A stretch of DNA of 64,000 nt. It comes from Paraspadella gotoi (taxonomy: Eukaryota > Animalia > Chaetognatha). Position numbers and translations under genes: made by a program. The stretch covers positions 23,692,858 to 23,756,857 of the forward strand of contig CM119264.1 of assembly GCA_051294375.1 (NCBI GenBank), given 5' to 3'. The notes beneath the pieces are model-generated. The model was not told where the DNA came from, searched no databases, and saw nothing but the letters and a program-made list of their open reading frames with translations. Below, piece after piece: positions 36,651 to 50,613 of the stretch (the stretch's first letter is position 1; every line of letters starts with the position of its first letter).

Positions 36651-39600
36651 ACGACGATGTAGAAGACGATGATGACAAAGACGGTAACCGCTTCGGTAAT
36701 GATGACAAAGTTAGCTACAACATCGACTTAGAAAACGATGACAACTAAAAACGTTGACGACGTCGATAAAGATGACGATGACAACGAGAACGATGACGAT
36801 GACGAAGCAGATATAGAGATGGATGACGACTTCGATGATTTCGCTGACTTACTCAACACTCCTGATTCTGACGACTATTAAGCATTTCTCTCTGTCTCTG
36901 TCTGTCTGTCTGTCTCCTCTCTCTCTCCTCTCTCGGTCTCTCTCTCTCTCTCCTCTGCTCTCTCTCCTCTTTCTCTTTTCTCTCTCTCTCTCTGCTTGCT
37001 CTTCTTTCTCTCTCTCTTTTCTCTCTCTCTCTCTCACTCATCTCTCTCTCTCTCTCATCTCTCTCCGCGCTCCCTCGTCTCTCTCTCTCTCGTCTCTCTC
37101 TCTCTCTCTCTCGCACACACCACTCTCTTATGAACTCAAAGATTTGCAAAACAAATCACAGGAGAAAAAAATTTTGACTTGTAACGTTCTGAAACGTAGT
37201 ATTTACATATATATTGAGACTTTCTCAAATGATAAAGATCCTTAACATGAAAGGAAAAAGAAAAAGAGAGCCAAGAAAATAGCAAATAAAATATTTTTTT
37301 AAAAACATCACAAGTATCCTAAAAGAATATAATACAGGGAGGACCAGTTCTTTTGAGACTAACTTTATAAAATCGTTAATCGGTAAATAAAAAGGTAATC
37401 TTATAAAAATGAATACACATGTAAAAAATTGTAAGGACAACACAATGAATTATGAAGATTTCCCTACGGCAACTATGTCCTTCTCCACAGATTCAGAGAA
37501 GGCGGCATATGCTTTTTCGACCGTGCCAGTAGGGAAAGCTATCATTTCTGTCACTTTTCTTGCTGTCAGAAAGTCGACAGTTTTAGAGGGGATGCGTAGG
37601 ACATTCTGCTTCCCCATCCTACATTTTCATTGATCAGGGGGATTGCAGTCAGAAAAATGGCGCGCCCAAAGGTTAGCAGTCGCTCTCCTTCATCTTGATG
37701 TTCAGCAAAATTTCAAAAAAATTTGTAAGGATGCAAAGAACTTTGACATGTCACGAAAAAAGCTTTAAATACAGCATTTAATACTGTATTAGCTGTTAGT
37801 TTTTTCAAACGTTTTTGATATCGATTGAAAGAAAAATTAGTTTCCAAATATAATCCTTTGTTTCCTATATCATAAACCGTTTTTGTGCTGTAGTCCCATA
37901 AGAGCTGGACCTCCCTGTATATAAAAAAAAATAATTTACAAAAAAAAAATATCAAAAAAGTACGCATCGGAGGAGAAAAAAAAATTGATAAATTAACGAA
38001 GCACAACAAAAAAAAATACAAAGAAGCGAATACAAAGGAAACGTAATACGAATAAAAAAGAAAGAATGGAAAAGGAATAAAAATAAATGTGGAGAAATCT
38101 TTCGGCTGACGGGTTTTTATATCCCGACGTCACACCGGCACAGTTTAGCGGAAAACACGAACGGACGAAATGATAAACGGGCAGACAAAAACAGACAACA
38201 AAAACATGGAGCGTCAAAAAAGACGGAAAGAAAAAAAATTGGGAAAAAAATCGGGAATAAAAAAAAATTTGAAAATCAGAGGAAAAAATCGTTGGTCGCG
38301 TTTTTTTTTTTTTTTTTCTTAAATCCGCGCTCGTGATTCCGCATTTCGTCTCTGTTTCGTCTCTCTTGTTTTGTTGTCCTGTTTCTCGTGTTTTACGTCT
38401 CCAGTTTCGCGTTTCCTGTTTTTTTTTGGCCCTCAATATCGACCACAAAAATCATCCCCAAACTTTCGCCCATTACCAAAGCCCACCTTTAGCGCCACAA
38501 CCCGTCATCTCCACCAGCGACCACAACCACCGAGGAAAATGAACTTCTTCCTTTCGTCCGACTTTCACGACCAAAAAAAATTCCTTGGGACAACAAAAGG
38601 AAAAAAAAAGATGATCGCGATTCTGTCTGTCGTTCTGTCTTTCTGTCCCTCGTCGAGGTCGTCGTCGTCGTCGTCGTCTTCAGCATCTGTGACGACCTCC
38701 ACCCCATTTATCATTTTTTAAAAGTCCTCCCAACATTTTACAATGATCTTCACCCCGTTGGTCATTTGTCTCCTGAGCCAAGCAACACATTTTATGAACC
38801 TCTCTTTATCCTGCACTTCTCTTCTCACGATTCACAGCGACAACGTTCACAGATTTTAACCATTTTCACCTCATTTCATGTGAATCACCATTTAACCCCG
38901 AAAACCATTCAATTACTTTTTTTTCTCTTTCGCAACAGCGCGGGAGAATTTTTCTGTCTTCTTCCGCCCGGTCTAATAATATCCGCTTAACCATTTCTTA
39001 AACGTTCACCACAGCTTCACTCTCACACATAATGCACTCCTGTTGACGTCACACCGAAATCGACGTCATCAATTTAACGAGGTTCATCCTGGACGCAAAA
39101 AAAAANNNNNNNNNNNNNNNNNNNNNNNNNNNNNNNNNNNNNNNNNNNNNNNNNNNNNNNNNNNNNNNNNNNNNNNNNNNNNNNNNNNNNNNNNNNNNNN
39201 NNNNNNNNNNNNNNNNNNNNNNNNNNNNNNNNNNNNNNNNNNNNNNNNNNNNNNNNNNNNNNNNNNNNNNNNNNNNGCTGACAACTCACCGGCTCAGGAC
39301 TTCGCACCTCACAAATCACATTTTACGTTAAGTAAATACTCAGCGAGTCACAACACCTGAAAACAAAACCTCTTACCTGCTCAGTCCATTAAAAAAAAAA
39401 AGTTCATTTCCCCTCACACCTTTTATCATTCCTTTTATCACTTCCTCCTTTTTCCCTCTCTCACTACCTCTCCCCCAAACCTCGCTCCTCCATCGTACAA
39501 ACATCACACAAACTTTTCTGGCGCCGAGATTTGAATAAGTCAAAAAAAATCATAAGCCGACGACGACGATGAGCACGACGTCGTCNNNNNNNNNNNNNNN

Positions 39601-39852
39601 NNNNNNNNNNNNNNNNNNNNNNNNNNNNNNNNNNNNNNNNNNNNNNNNNNNNNNNNNNNNNNNNNNNNNNNNNNNNNNNNNNNNNNNNNNNNNNNNNNNN
39701 NNNNNNNNNNNNNNNNNNNNNNNNNNNNNNNNNNNNNNNNNNNNNNNNNNNNNNNNNNNNNNNNNNNNNNNNNNNNNNNNNNNNNNNNNNNNNNNNNNNN
39801 NNNNNNNNNNNNNNNNNNNNNNNNNNNNNNNNNNNNNNNNNNNNNNNNNNNN

Positions 39853-42127
39853 AAAGACAGAGTCAGTGGGTTGGAACGACAAAAGAGCGTCTCTCCGTTG
39901 TTGTCTCCGTCGTTTGCTCTTTTTTTTTTCCTCCTCAGATCCGCGACGCGTCGACGGATCCGAGACGAAAGTTGCTCGTGTTGTCGTCGTCGTTGTTGTT
40001 GTCGTTGTTTCCATCTTTTTTATTGGTGTTATTTTTCTTTTATTGTTTCCTTCACTTGCTTTCACTCCCTAACAATTCCTTCTCTTCTCCTTTTCTCTCT
40101 CGTTATATCTTACTAGTTAGTTCATTTTTAATCACCACACTCACTTCTAGCTAATTTTATCCCAACGCATATTAAAAGCAATAAATAACTTCTCTTCTTC
40201 GTAAGTTCTACTTAACACATCTACCTTATTTAACACTCTTCCATTTATATACTATATATATGCCTTTTCAAGTTTTTTCCTACAAAAATCCATTTTGTTT
40301 TCATTCCCCTCTCCCACTTCAGCAGGCCTCTACCACCCCAGCATCCCTGCTCCACCCCAGCATTCTCTTTCCCCAGCACCCCTCTTCTTTCAACTAGCGC
40401 GCATACTCTTTCCCAGCGACTCTAACTACTCCGGCATACCCTTCCACCCCATCACCTCTCATCCCGACACCATCTCTCTCTCTCACCAAGCCCCCCTCCT
40501 CTTCCCCAGCACCTCTAACAACAACAGCATCAATCTTCCACCCCAATCCCTCCTCCCACTCGTTCCCGGGACGATCCTCCGTTTATTCCGCGCAGCCTCG
40601 ATTTTGATTGGCAGCCTTTTGAGAGGTTTTCTCGCGAACAAAAGAGAGAGTGGGAGGGAGAGGGGGGGAAATGTAAGAGGTGAGAGGAGGGGAGAAAGAG
40701 AGGGAAGGTGACAGAAGGGAGAGGGGGAGTGGGAGCGAGGGAATGTAAGGATATCTTGAGAGTAAGCGAAGAAGAAAATGTAATGGTAAGAANNNNNNNN
40801 NNNNNNNNNNNNNNNNNNNNNNNNNNNNNNNNNNNNNNNNNNNNNNNNNNNNNNNNNNNNNNNNNNNNNNNNNNNNNNNNNNNNNNNNNNNNNNNNNNNN
40901 NNNNNNNNNNNNNNNNNNNNNNNNNNNNNNNNNNNNNNNNNNNNNNNNNNNNNNNNNNNNNNNNNNNNNNNNNNNNNNNNNNNNNNNNNNNNNNNNNNNN
41001 NNNNNNNAGAAGAAGAAATAAAAGAATAAAAAGAAAAAAAGGCACATCCCAGCCCGCTCGTTGCCACCTTTCATATACGGAAAGCCCGAGTTCTGCGCGC
41101 GCATCTCGTCGCCGGGACGCGGCAGCGTTGCTATGGGAACCGACNNNNNNNNNNNNNNNNNNNNNNNNNNNNNNNNNNNNNNNNNNNNNNNNNNNNNNNN
41201 NNNNNNNNNNNNNNNNNNNNNNNNNNNNNNNNNNNNNNNNNNNNNNNNNNNNNNNNNNNNNNNNNNNNNNNNNNNNNNNNNNNNNNNNNNNNNNNNNNNN
41301 NNNNNNNNNNNNNNNNNNNNNNNNNNNNNNNNNNNNNNNNNNNNNNNNNNNNNNNNNNNNNNNNNNNNNNNNNNNNNNNNNNNNNNNNNNNNNNNNNNNN
41401 NNNNNNNNNNGAAGAGAAAAGAGAATGGTGGAGAATAAAAGCAAAAAAATAAAAGAAAAACAAGAAAATAAAGGGGAAAAGGAAAAAAGGAAGAAGAAAA
41501 GAGAAAAAAGTGAGAAAAAAAAAAAAGAAAAAAAAAGAAGCATAAATGGATTTTAATATTTTTTTTATCTGCAGTGCACCGTCTCGGTCGGGTTTCATCC
41601 GATAACCTTTGGTGCAAAGATACTTTCCACAATCGGGGGGGNNNNNNNNNNNNNNNNNNNNNNNNNNNNNNNNNNNNNNNNNNNNNNNNNNNNNNNNNNN
41701 NNNNNNNNNNNNNNNNNNNNNNNNNNNNNNNNNNNNNNNNNNNNNNNNNNNNNNNNNNNNNNNNNNNNNNNNNNNNNNNNNNNNNNNNNNNNNNNNNNNN
41801 NNNNNNNNNNNNNNNNNNNNNNNNNNNNNNNNNNNNNNNNNNNNNNNNNNNNNNNNNNNNNNNNNNNNNNNNNNNNNNNNNNNNNNNNNNNNNNNNNNNN
41901 NNNNNNNNNAGAGAAAGAGAGACAGAGAGAGTGAGAGAGAGAGACCGAGACCGCCCCCGTGCACATGAGACGCGAACCGAGATAAAAAAAAAATGGGAGA
42001 CAAAGAAGGAAAAAAGCAAACAAATCATACTTATTTTCCCGTTGCTTCGTTGCCAACAGATAACAAAGCCTCATTAGTCATTAGTTATCTGCGGTGACGA
42101 ATGCAACCGGCGCCGATGGAAGGGGGA

Positions 42128-42180
<53 letters not shown>

Positions 42181-45100
42181 TTTTCTCATTTTACCTTCTT
42201 TTCCCTCTTTGAGAAAGAGACTGAGCGAGAAAGAGAGAGAGACAGAGACAGAGAGGAGAGAGAGTGAGAAATGAAGTGAATGAAGGGAATGAAGCGAATG
42301 AGGTGACGATAATGAGGAACATCTGGTCGCGAGGAAATTTCGCCCAAAACCTCAGATTTTCTCTCGAATTCAAAGATAAAAATCGTCGTTTCGAGAAATG
42401 GGGCAAAGTTGGGTCGAGGGGGTTAGAGATGGCATCGCTGAGTCTGGATGGCGCTGAGGAGTGTGATTGGCGCTGAGAAGTGTGGATGGCACGCAGCAAT
42501 GAAGTTATCACACACTTTTTTTTTAACCGAACACCCTAATATTTTATTCACCGTTTATTCTTTTTTTTTCAAATTTGTTTGTCTTTTTTTAACGTAGGCA
42601 GATCACTACTCAACCTGAAGAATACCGTCGGCGAAATGTTTGCCTTTTAGATGTCCAAACTTACTACGAAGTATGAGACGAGAGGTGATCTGGGGTGTGA
42701 TATGTTGTTGTTGTTATTATTATCGTTGTTCTTCTGTTCCACAATCTTTCTTCCACGTCCACGAAATCGTCATCGTCACTTCGTCTCTCATGAAGGATCG
42801 TTGTCGTCGTCCCTCGGAACGACGTCCGTATTTAAGTCCACAGACTCGTCGGTCTCCCTCCACATCCCTCCACATCCCTCAGTTTAACGGCCGTCGTTCT
42901 ACCGACCGTCTCTTCCTACCGATCGTCCGTCTACCGACCGCCAGACTGCCGACCGCCCATCTCCCGTACCGACCGCCCATCTCCCGTACCGACCGCCCAT
43001 CTACCGACTCTCCGTCGCAGTTGATAAACGACGCGAATTTCCGCGTCTCGCGCGAGATTTCCGGCCGAAAGTCGATTACCGTTGTTGTTGTTGTTGTTGT
43101 TGTCACTGGTGTCATTTGTCGTCGTTAATGTTATAATTGTTGCCGTTTCGTTGTTGTTGTTGTTGTTGTTGGTATTGTGGCGCGCCTATATTGCGGCGCG
43201 CCTATATATATGTAAGTGAAGTCTCTTCTCCTTACAATGGACACTTGGGCAGACTAGACAGTGAAGAGTTAACACGTGACCAGTTCGGAGCGTCGCTTTT
43301 TCAGTCTTCGTACCATGGAACATTTCTGTCACGTCACGTGACGTCGCGAATTACGTCAGAAGACGTCAGCGGGCGGACGTTGGAAGATGAAAATGTTGAA
43401 GTGAAAAAGTATAGGAGTGACAGGAGTGAAGCAAAGAAGAGAAAAGTCATGGAAGTGCTGGAGCAGGAATAAATTAGAAAATAAATAGAAGCTGAGTCGT
43501 TTAGTAATGAGGGAATGAGGGATTGATGGAGCTGAGAAAAAGTGGATTGGGGGATCGGTGGAGTGAAATCGTTGGAGCTAATCCATGGACGGGAAGTAAA
43601 AGTGGAGGAGTGGAGGAGTGGAGGAGTGGAGGAGNNNNNNNNNNNNNNNNNNNNNNNNNGAGACTGATGAGATGTCAGTGGTGGAACGACAAAGAGCGTC
43701 TCTCCGTTGTTGTCTCTCGTCGTGCTTCTTTTTTTTCCTCCTCAGTCCGCGACGCAGTCGACGGATCCGAGACGCAGTGTCGTGTTGTCGTCGTTTGTTG
43801 GTGGTGTTTGGTTTTTTCCTCTTTTTTTGGGTTATTCTTTTATCTGCTTCATCCCTAAAAATCTCTTCTTTCTCCTTTTCTCTTCTCGTTTTAATTTACT
43901 ATTTAAGTTCATCTTTAATCACACCACTCACTTACTTGCTAATTTTATTCCAAGCATATGTTAAAAGCAACTAATCACTTCCTTGTTCGTAAAGTTCTAC
44001 TTAACATCTACCTTATTTTAACACTTCTTCCATTAATATATACTCAATATATGCCCTTTCAAGTTTTTTCCTTAAAAAATCCATTTTGTTTCATTCCCTC
44101 TCCCACTTTCCAGAGGCTTCTACCACCCAGCATCCCGCTCCCCCCAGCATTCTCTTTCCCCAGCACCCTCTTCTGTTCAACTCTAACTACTTCGGCATAC
44201 CCTTCCACCCCATCACCTCTCATCCCGACACCATCTCTCTCTTTCACAAGCACCTTCCTCTTCCCCAGCACCTCTAACAACAACAGCAATCAATCTTTTC
44301 CACCCCATCCCTCCTCCCACTCGTTCCCGGGACGATCCTCGCTTTATTCGCCGCAGCCTCGTTTTATGATTGCAGCCTTTTGAGGAGGTTTTTCGCGAAC
44401 AAAAAGAGAGGTGGGGAGGGAGAGGGGGAATGTAAGAGGTGAGAGGAGGAGAGAAAGAGAGGGAACGGTTGATAGAGGAAGGGGGGAGTGAGGCGCATGA
44501 AGGATATCTTTGGAGAATACGAAATGAAGAAAATTGTAATTGGTTTAAAAGAAGAGACGAGAGAGAGAGTTGAGGAGAGAGAGAGAGAGATTGGAGACGA
44601 GGAACGACAGAGAGAGAGAGAGAGGAGAGACAGGATTGAGAGAGAGACAGACTCGAGAGAGATCGAGATGAGAGAGAGAGACGAGAGACGACAGAAGAGA
44701 GAGAAAAAAGAGATAAAAATAATAAGAAGAAATAAAAGAATAAAAAGAAAAAAAAAAAGCACAATCCCAGCCCGCTTCGTTGCCACCTTTCATATACGTT
44801 AAGACCGAGTCTGGCGGCGCATCTCGTCGCGGACGCGGCCAGGTTTGCTATGGGAACCGACGTCGCCTTTTCGCTCGGACGTGGGAGGAGTGAGACGGGG
44901 GAAGACAGCGGGGGAGGGAAAGGGGAGGCGAGACGAGGGGGGGAAGTCAGAGATGAATAAGAGGTAGAGAAATGAACTGGTAAAGGGGGAATTTAAAAAA
45001 AAATTTGAACAAAGAGAAGAGCAGAATATTGGGGGGGGGCCGAGTGGGGAAGAGAAAAGAAAATTGGTGGAGAATAAAGCGAAAAGAAAAGAAAAACAAG

Positions 45101-45558
45101 GAAATAAAGGGGAAAGGAAAAAAGGAAGAAGAAGAGAAAAAAGGTGAGAAAAAAAAAAAGAAAAAAAAAGAAGCAATAAATGCGCTCTCTTAATTTTTTT
45201 TTATATGCAGTGCACGTCTCAGTCGTTTCATTCCTTATACCTTTTGGTGCAAAGATACTTTCAGTTTTTCCACAATTCGGGGAGAGGACGAGAGGAGAAA
45301 TTTGAAGGAAAGGACGAGAAGGAGACGGGACCAAGAAGAGAGAACATGGCGCGAGAGCCGTTTTGAGATTTTGAAGCGCCGAAAAACAAAAAGGAGAGTT
45401 TGACCGTTCATCGACGCTCAAACCGTGTGAAATTTTTGATAAACACGACTTTGCTCGCATGGAGGTCGCTTCAGGCGGATTCTGTACTGTTTGAGACCGT
45501 GTTGTGAGAAGAGAGAGAGATGAGAGAGGTTGAGAGAGAGAGAGAGAGGAGAGATGGA

Positions 45559-45590
<32 letters not shown>

Positions 45591-45835
45591 TAGAGAGAGG
45601 AGAGAGAGAAAGAGAGACAGAGAGATGTAGAAAAAGATGAGACCGAGACCGCCCCTGCACATGAGACGCGAACCGAGATAAAAAAAAATGGGAGACAAAG
45701 AAGGACAAAAAGCAAACAATCATACTTATATTTCCGTTTCTTCGGTTGCCATACAGATAACCAAAGCCCTTATTAGTTCATTTAGTTTATCTGCGTGACG
45801 AATGCAACCATCCGCGGATGGAAGGGGATTATCCT
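39853..45835 (+). repeat. Direct duplication: 39853-42130 (gapped) vs ~43660-45835
   Basis: Collinear shared text such as GGAACGACAAAAGAGCGTCTCTCCG, CTCGTTCCCGGGACGATCCTC and GCACATGAGACGCGAACCGAGAT. Confidence 0.9.
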
Positions 45836-45839
45836 CTCT

Positions 45840-45912
<73 letters not shown>

Positions 45913-48833
45913 CTCTCTCTCTCGGCAATACACACGCACACACAAACACATCTGCATACGATTCCCACGGCAATTTTTAACTACGCAGAGAAAGAGAGAA
46001 GAAGAGAGAGAGAGAGAAGAGAGGAGAGAGAGAGAGAAGAGAGAGAGAGAGAGGAGAGATAGACCCAATGATTTTTTCCAGCTGTGATGCGACGATAAAG
46101 GATAAATACTAATTAAAATGAAAGACGAACAGTGAGAAGAAGACAAAAAATGGAATAGCAAAATAAATAGATAGAAAATTAAAATAGTGGAGACAAAATT
46201 TTTATTTTAATTTTTCATTTCGTTTGTTTATTTTTCTCTCTCGCTTAACCGTCTAATCTGTCTTATCTCTTTTGAGTCCTCTCTCTCCTCTCTTCGTCCT
46301 CACTCTCTCTCTCTCGTCTCTCTCTCCATCTATCTCTCTTCTCTCTCTGTCTCCTTCTCTTCATCTCGATTCTCTCACTCTCTCTCCACAGTCTCAATCT
46401 CTCTACTCTCTCGTTCTCTCTCACTCTCCTCTCCGTCTCTCTACTCTCGTCTTCTTAAACCCGTCCGGAAACGGGAAGATGAATGGCAATCGGAATTCCT
46501 TGCGAATCAATCCGATTCTCCATTTCTACTCCACTCATAAACATCCCTCAAACTCAACTCTGTGTGTATGACCATAATAAAAGAGAGAGAAAACTATGAA
46601 CTCGTATTAATGAAGAAGACCTAAAAAGAAAAAGACAAGATATGAAAAACCAAAAAAGAAATATAAAATAGAATAAAATAGAAAAAAGATTACATCATTA
46701 AAAAAGTAATTCAAACAAAAATATATACATATGAAATTGGTACAACCAATATATAATTATTAAAACTGAAGATTGTATTAGGTTGCTAGACCAGCTGACC
46801 GACAGTACATCATGTAAGAAAACTATATAAAGAAGAAAACTTTTTGCCATTGGAATGGATTTAATATAAGAGAATCAATAAAAAACATTCCAAGGAAAGA
46901 AGAATTTTGAATAAGACCTGAAAACAGATAAAGAAAACAGAATAAGACCGGAAAACAGATAAAGAAAACAGAATATATCTTCTGAAGAAAAAGGAGAATG
47001 TTTCAAAGCAACGAAAATAAAAAAGGGGAAGAAAAATATAAAGGAAAAGGGGAAAGATAAGTAAAAAAAAATAAAAAAGAAAAGAAAAAATACAGTCGTG
47101 TGCAAAAAAAGAGGACACCCAAAAACATTATGAAAATAATTAGCTTATTTTAAAAAAATAGTTTTTGCAGTGACTAAAATGATGAATATTTCAACCACTT
47201 GTATTTTGGGACTTAAAGCTCTTGAATGCTTATACCGATTTTCTTTTAATTTACACATATGGATTTCCCATTTTAAAATCTACATTTATCATTCATAAAT
47301 TTTTATAATATGTGTGTAAAATGAGCACAACCTAAGTTTGAGTGTACTCTTTTTTTTACACAGGACTGTATAAAAAGGAAATGAAAGAATAAAAAGGAAA
47401 AAAGAAAAGAGTATAAGAGTAAAGACGGGAAAAGGGTACCACCGTACCACAGAAAGAATAGGAGAAAAAAGGAAAAAAGGAGAGGAAAACGGAAAGAAAG
47501 AAGAAAAAAAAGAAAAAAGAAAAAAGGCAAGAGGGAAAAAAGGAGGAAGAAAAAAATGAAAGAAGGAAAAAAGGAAAGAAGGAAAAAAAGAAAGACGGAA
47601 AAAAGTGTAAAGAGGAAAAAAAATGAAAGAAGGGAAAAAAGGAAAGAAGCGAAAAAGGAAAGAAGGGAAAAAAGGAAAGAGGGAAAAAAAGAAAAGAAAG
47701 AAAAAAGGATAAAAGGGAAAAAAGGAAAGAAGCGAAAAAGGAAAGAAGGGAAAAAAGGAAAGAAGTGAAAAAAGGAAAGAAGGCTGGATTTGGCCGACGC
47801 AGCGGAAATTGGGAGGAGGAGCCTCAACGAAAATGTGGAGAGGAGGGTTTAACCCCCAGAAATGAACTCTGGGAAAACCCTCGCTCGANNNNNNNNNNNN
47901 NNNNNNNNNNNNNNNNNNNNNNNNNNNNNNNNNNNNNNNNNNNNNNNNNNNNNNNNNNNNNNNNNNNNNNNNNNNNNNNNNNNNNNNNNNNNNNNNNNNN
48001 NNNNNNNNNNNNNNNNNNNNNNNNNNNNNNNNNNNNNNNNNNNNNNNNNNNNGAGAGAGAGAGAGAGAGAGATAAGCGGGCGAAAAAAAAATAGGAAGAA
48101 TGGTGATTGGATTTTGCGACGATTTTGTGACGAATCAGGAAATCAAATTCGGCGAAAAAACGAGTTTCGTCCTTCGAGATTTCAAGCGAATTTGAGGCGA
48201 AATCGTCTCTCGGTCTTCGTTTGAATTGTGATGGAGGTTTTAATTTAGTACAAAAACAACTAAAGTTTGAAATGAGAACCGACAATTCTATAACAGGTAA
48301 AAGAAAAAAGAAAAAATATAAACAAATCGAATTAATATACATTTTGATTAGATGCATTGGTGCAGAAAACCACCGAGACTTTAAATTAAGTTTTAAAAAA
48401 TAAGAATTAAACTATGATTATACCATTTTTATGTAATACTGAGTTTAAAAATCTAAAAGCGAAAATTGAAAAAAGAAAATGAAAAACGAAAGCGAAAAAG
48501 AATAATTAACGAAGTAAATCCAGAAGAGAAAAAAATAACAACAACAACAAAAAGGCAAAAAGTAAAATATCGGAAGGAAAAACTGCGACGATCGATTTAG
48601 ACCAGACGTGGTTGCGAAGACGGGGGCGTAAGCAGTGGCGGGNNNNNNNNNNNNNNNNNNNNNNNNNNNNNNNNNNNNNNNNNNNNNNNNNNNNNNNNNN
48701 NNNNNNNNNNNNNNNNNNNNNNNNNNNNNNNNNNNNNNNNNNNNNNNNNNNNNNNNNNNNNNNNNNNNNNNNNNNNNNNNNNNNNNNNNNNNNNNNNNNN
48801 NNNNNNNNNNNNNNNNNNNNNNNNNNNNNNNNN

Positions 48834-48865
<32 letters not shown>

Positions 48866-49580
48866 CTACTATTACCCTTAACAAGTTTGAGCAAACAATG
48901 TCGGATCTGCCTACGNNNNNNNNNNNNNNNNNNNNNNNNNTGGCAATCTTGCCATCTCTGCCACTTCTACCATCTCTGCCACTTCTGCCATCTCTGCCAC
49001 GTCCTCCTGGAATCGACGGGCGCGCCGTTTCGGTTCTCCGTTTCCTCTTCTTGTTTTCGGTTGTTCTTCGAAATTCGGTTCTCTTCCGTCGTCGTCGTCG
49101 TCGTCGTCGTTGTTGGTCGTTGGTGTTGGGAATTATGGTTTTGTCGACGTTTTTGGACATTGTTTGGTCGCTTGTTTCTGTGAATGGCCTCGTTTTATCC
49201 CGGACGATTAGGACGATTTTTGACTCGTTGAAAAGATTTGCCAACTATACTTGTGTATTAGTTAAATAGTACATATTTTTAAATATTTTTTTTTATTTGA
49301 CGGGTTTAGTTGTTAGTATTTTATGCAGGGAAGTCGTGAAATATCTTTGTTTGGTTCCTCGTTGTCATTATTTCGGCATCGGAAGGAAAACAAAATAAAA
49401 AAACAAAAAAAAAACGAAAACAAAAAATAAAACAGTTGTGACGTGACGACGTCGAGCCAAGTGGATCTTCAGTTTCAGAAGTCGGCGGGGGAACTTATTT
49501 GTTTGGGCCTTAATATAAGTCTTTTCTTTTCTTTTCTTTCAGCGATAACGTGAAAAAAGCGGGAATAACAGAGAGGAGAT

Positions 49581-49617
<37 letters not shown>

Positions 49618-50308
49618 AGAAGGTGAGAAGAGAGAGAATGGAGGAGAGAGAGAGAGAGAGAGAGAGAGAACTGGAGAGCGATGAAATTTTCTGGAATTTA
49701 AACTAAAATTCTTCTTCATAATTCCCATTATCTCTGCAGCTGAAGTCCAACGATGACGTCGAAGAGCTCGTGTAATGCATTGTCTCATGACATATGTATA
49801 GAAACGATGAAATTTGAGAAATGTTATTTATAAAACAGAAATACTAAATCGAATATGGCGATATTGATTTTTACAAGTTAATAGTTAAATTTTTAAAAGG
49901 ACAAAATCTTGGATGTGAAAGGCTACCTCAACTTATGTATTAACTCATTGAATACAATAACTTTTAAAGCAAAACATAAATCCAGTAAATTCTTCTGACG
50001 ACTGCGCCAACAACACGAAAAAAACCCAAAATTGGTCACGTATTATCTGCTATTGTGTAGTTGATAGTTGGCAGGTCTGTTGTGAACGGGAGTAAGGTAT
50101 GAGTTATGATTAAATCTGAGAAAACATGCAATGAGACTCGATGAAAAAGTCCATGAATAAGCCAATGACGAATGAGAACGGACTTAAAATCAATTAAAAG
50201 CGCAATTTATCTCTTTCTTGAAGGGGAGAATGAAACCTGAAAAAAAATGTGAGTTATGAACTCCGAAATCAAGCAAGTCAAAGGTCGTCTTTCCTTTTTC
50301 TTTTTCTT

Positions 50309-50339
<31 letters not shown>

Positions 50340-50567
50340 TTTCTTGTCTTTCTTTCTTTTCTTCTATTCTTTCTTTCTTTCTTTCTTTCTTTCCTTTATT
50401 TTCTTTCTTTCTTCATTTTTTCTCTTTTCATTTTACTTTCTACAGCAGCGAGATTAAGTTCTTTTGTTTTTTTTTTTTCGCAGAAAAATCGAAAGATTAG
50501 AAAATTAAGGTGAGTGACTTTGACTAATTCTCTCCTCATGTTCGGACTCCTGCCTCATTTTGTTGTT

Positions 50568-50613
<46 letters not shown>

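Noticed and set aside
40483-42077. Long ORFs of 280-480 aa
   Set aside because: Artefacts of reading through N-gaps.
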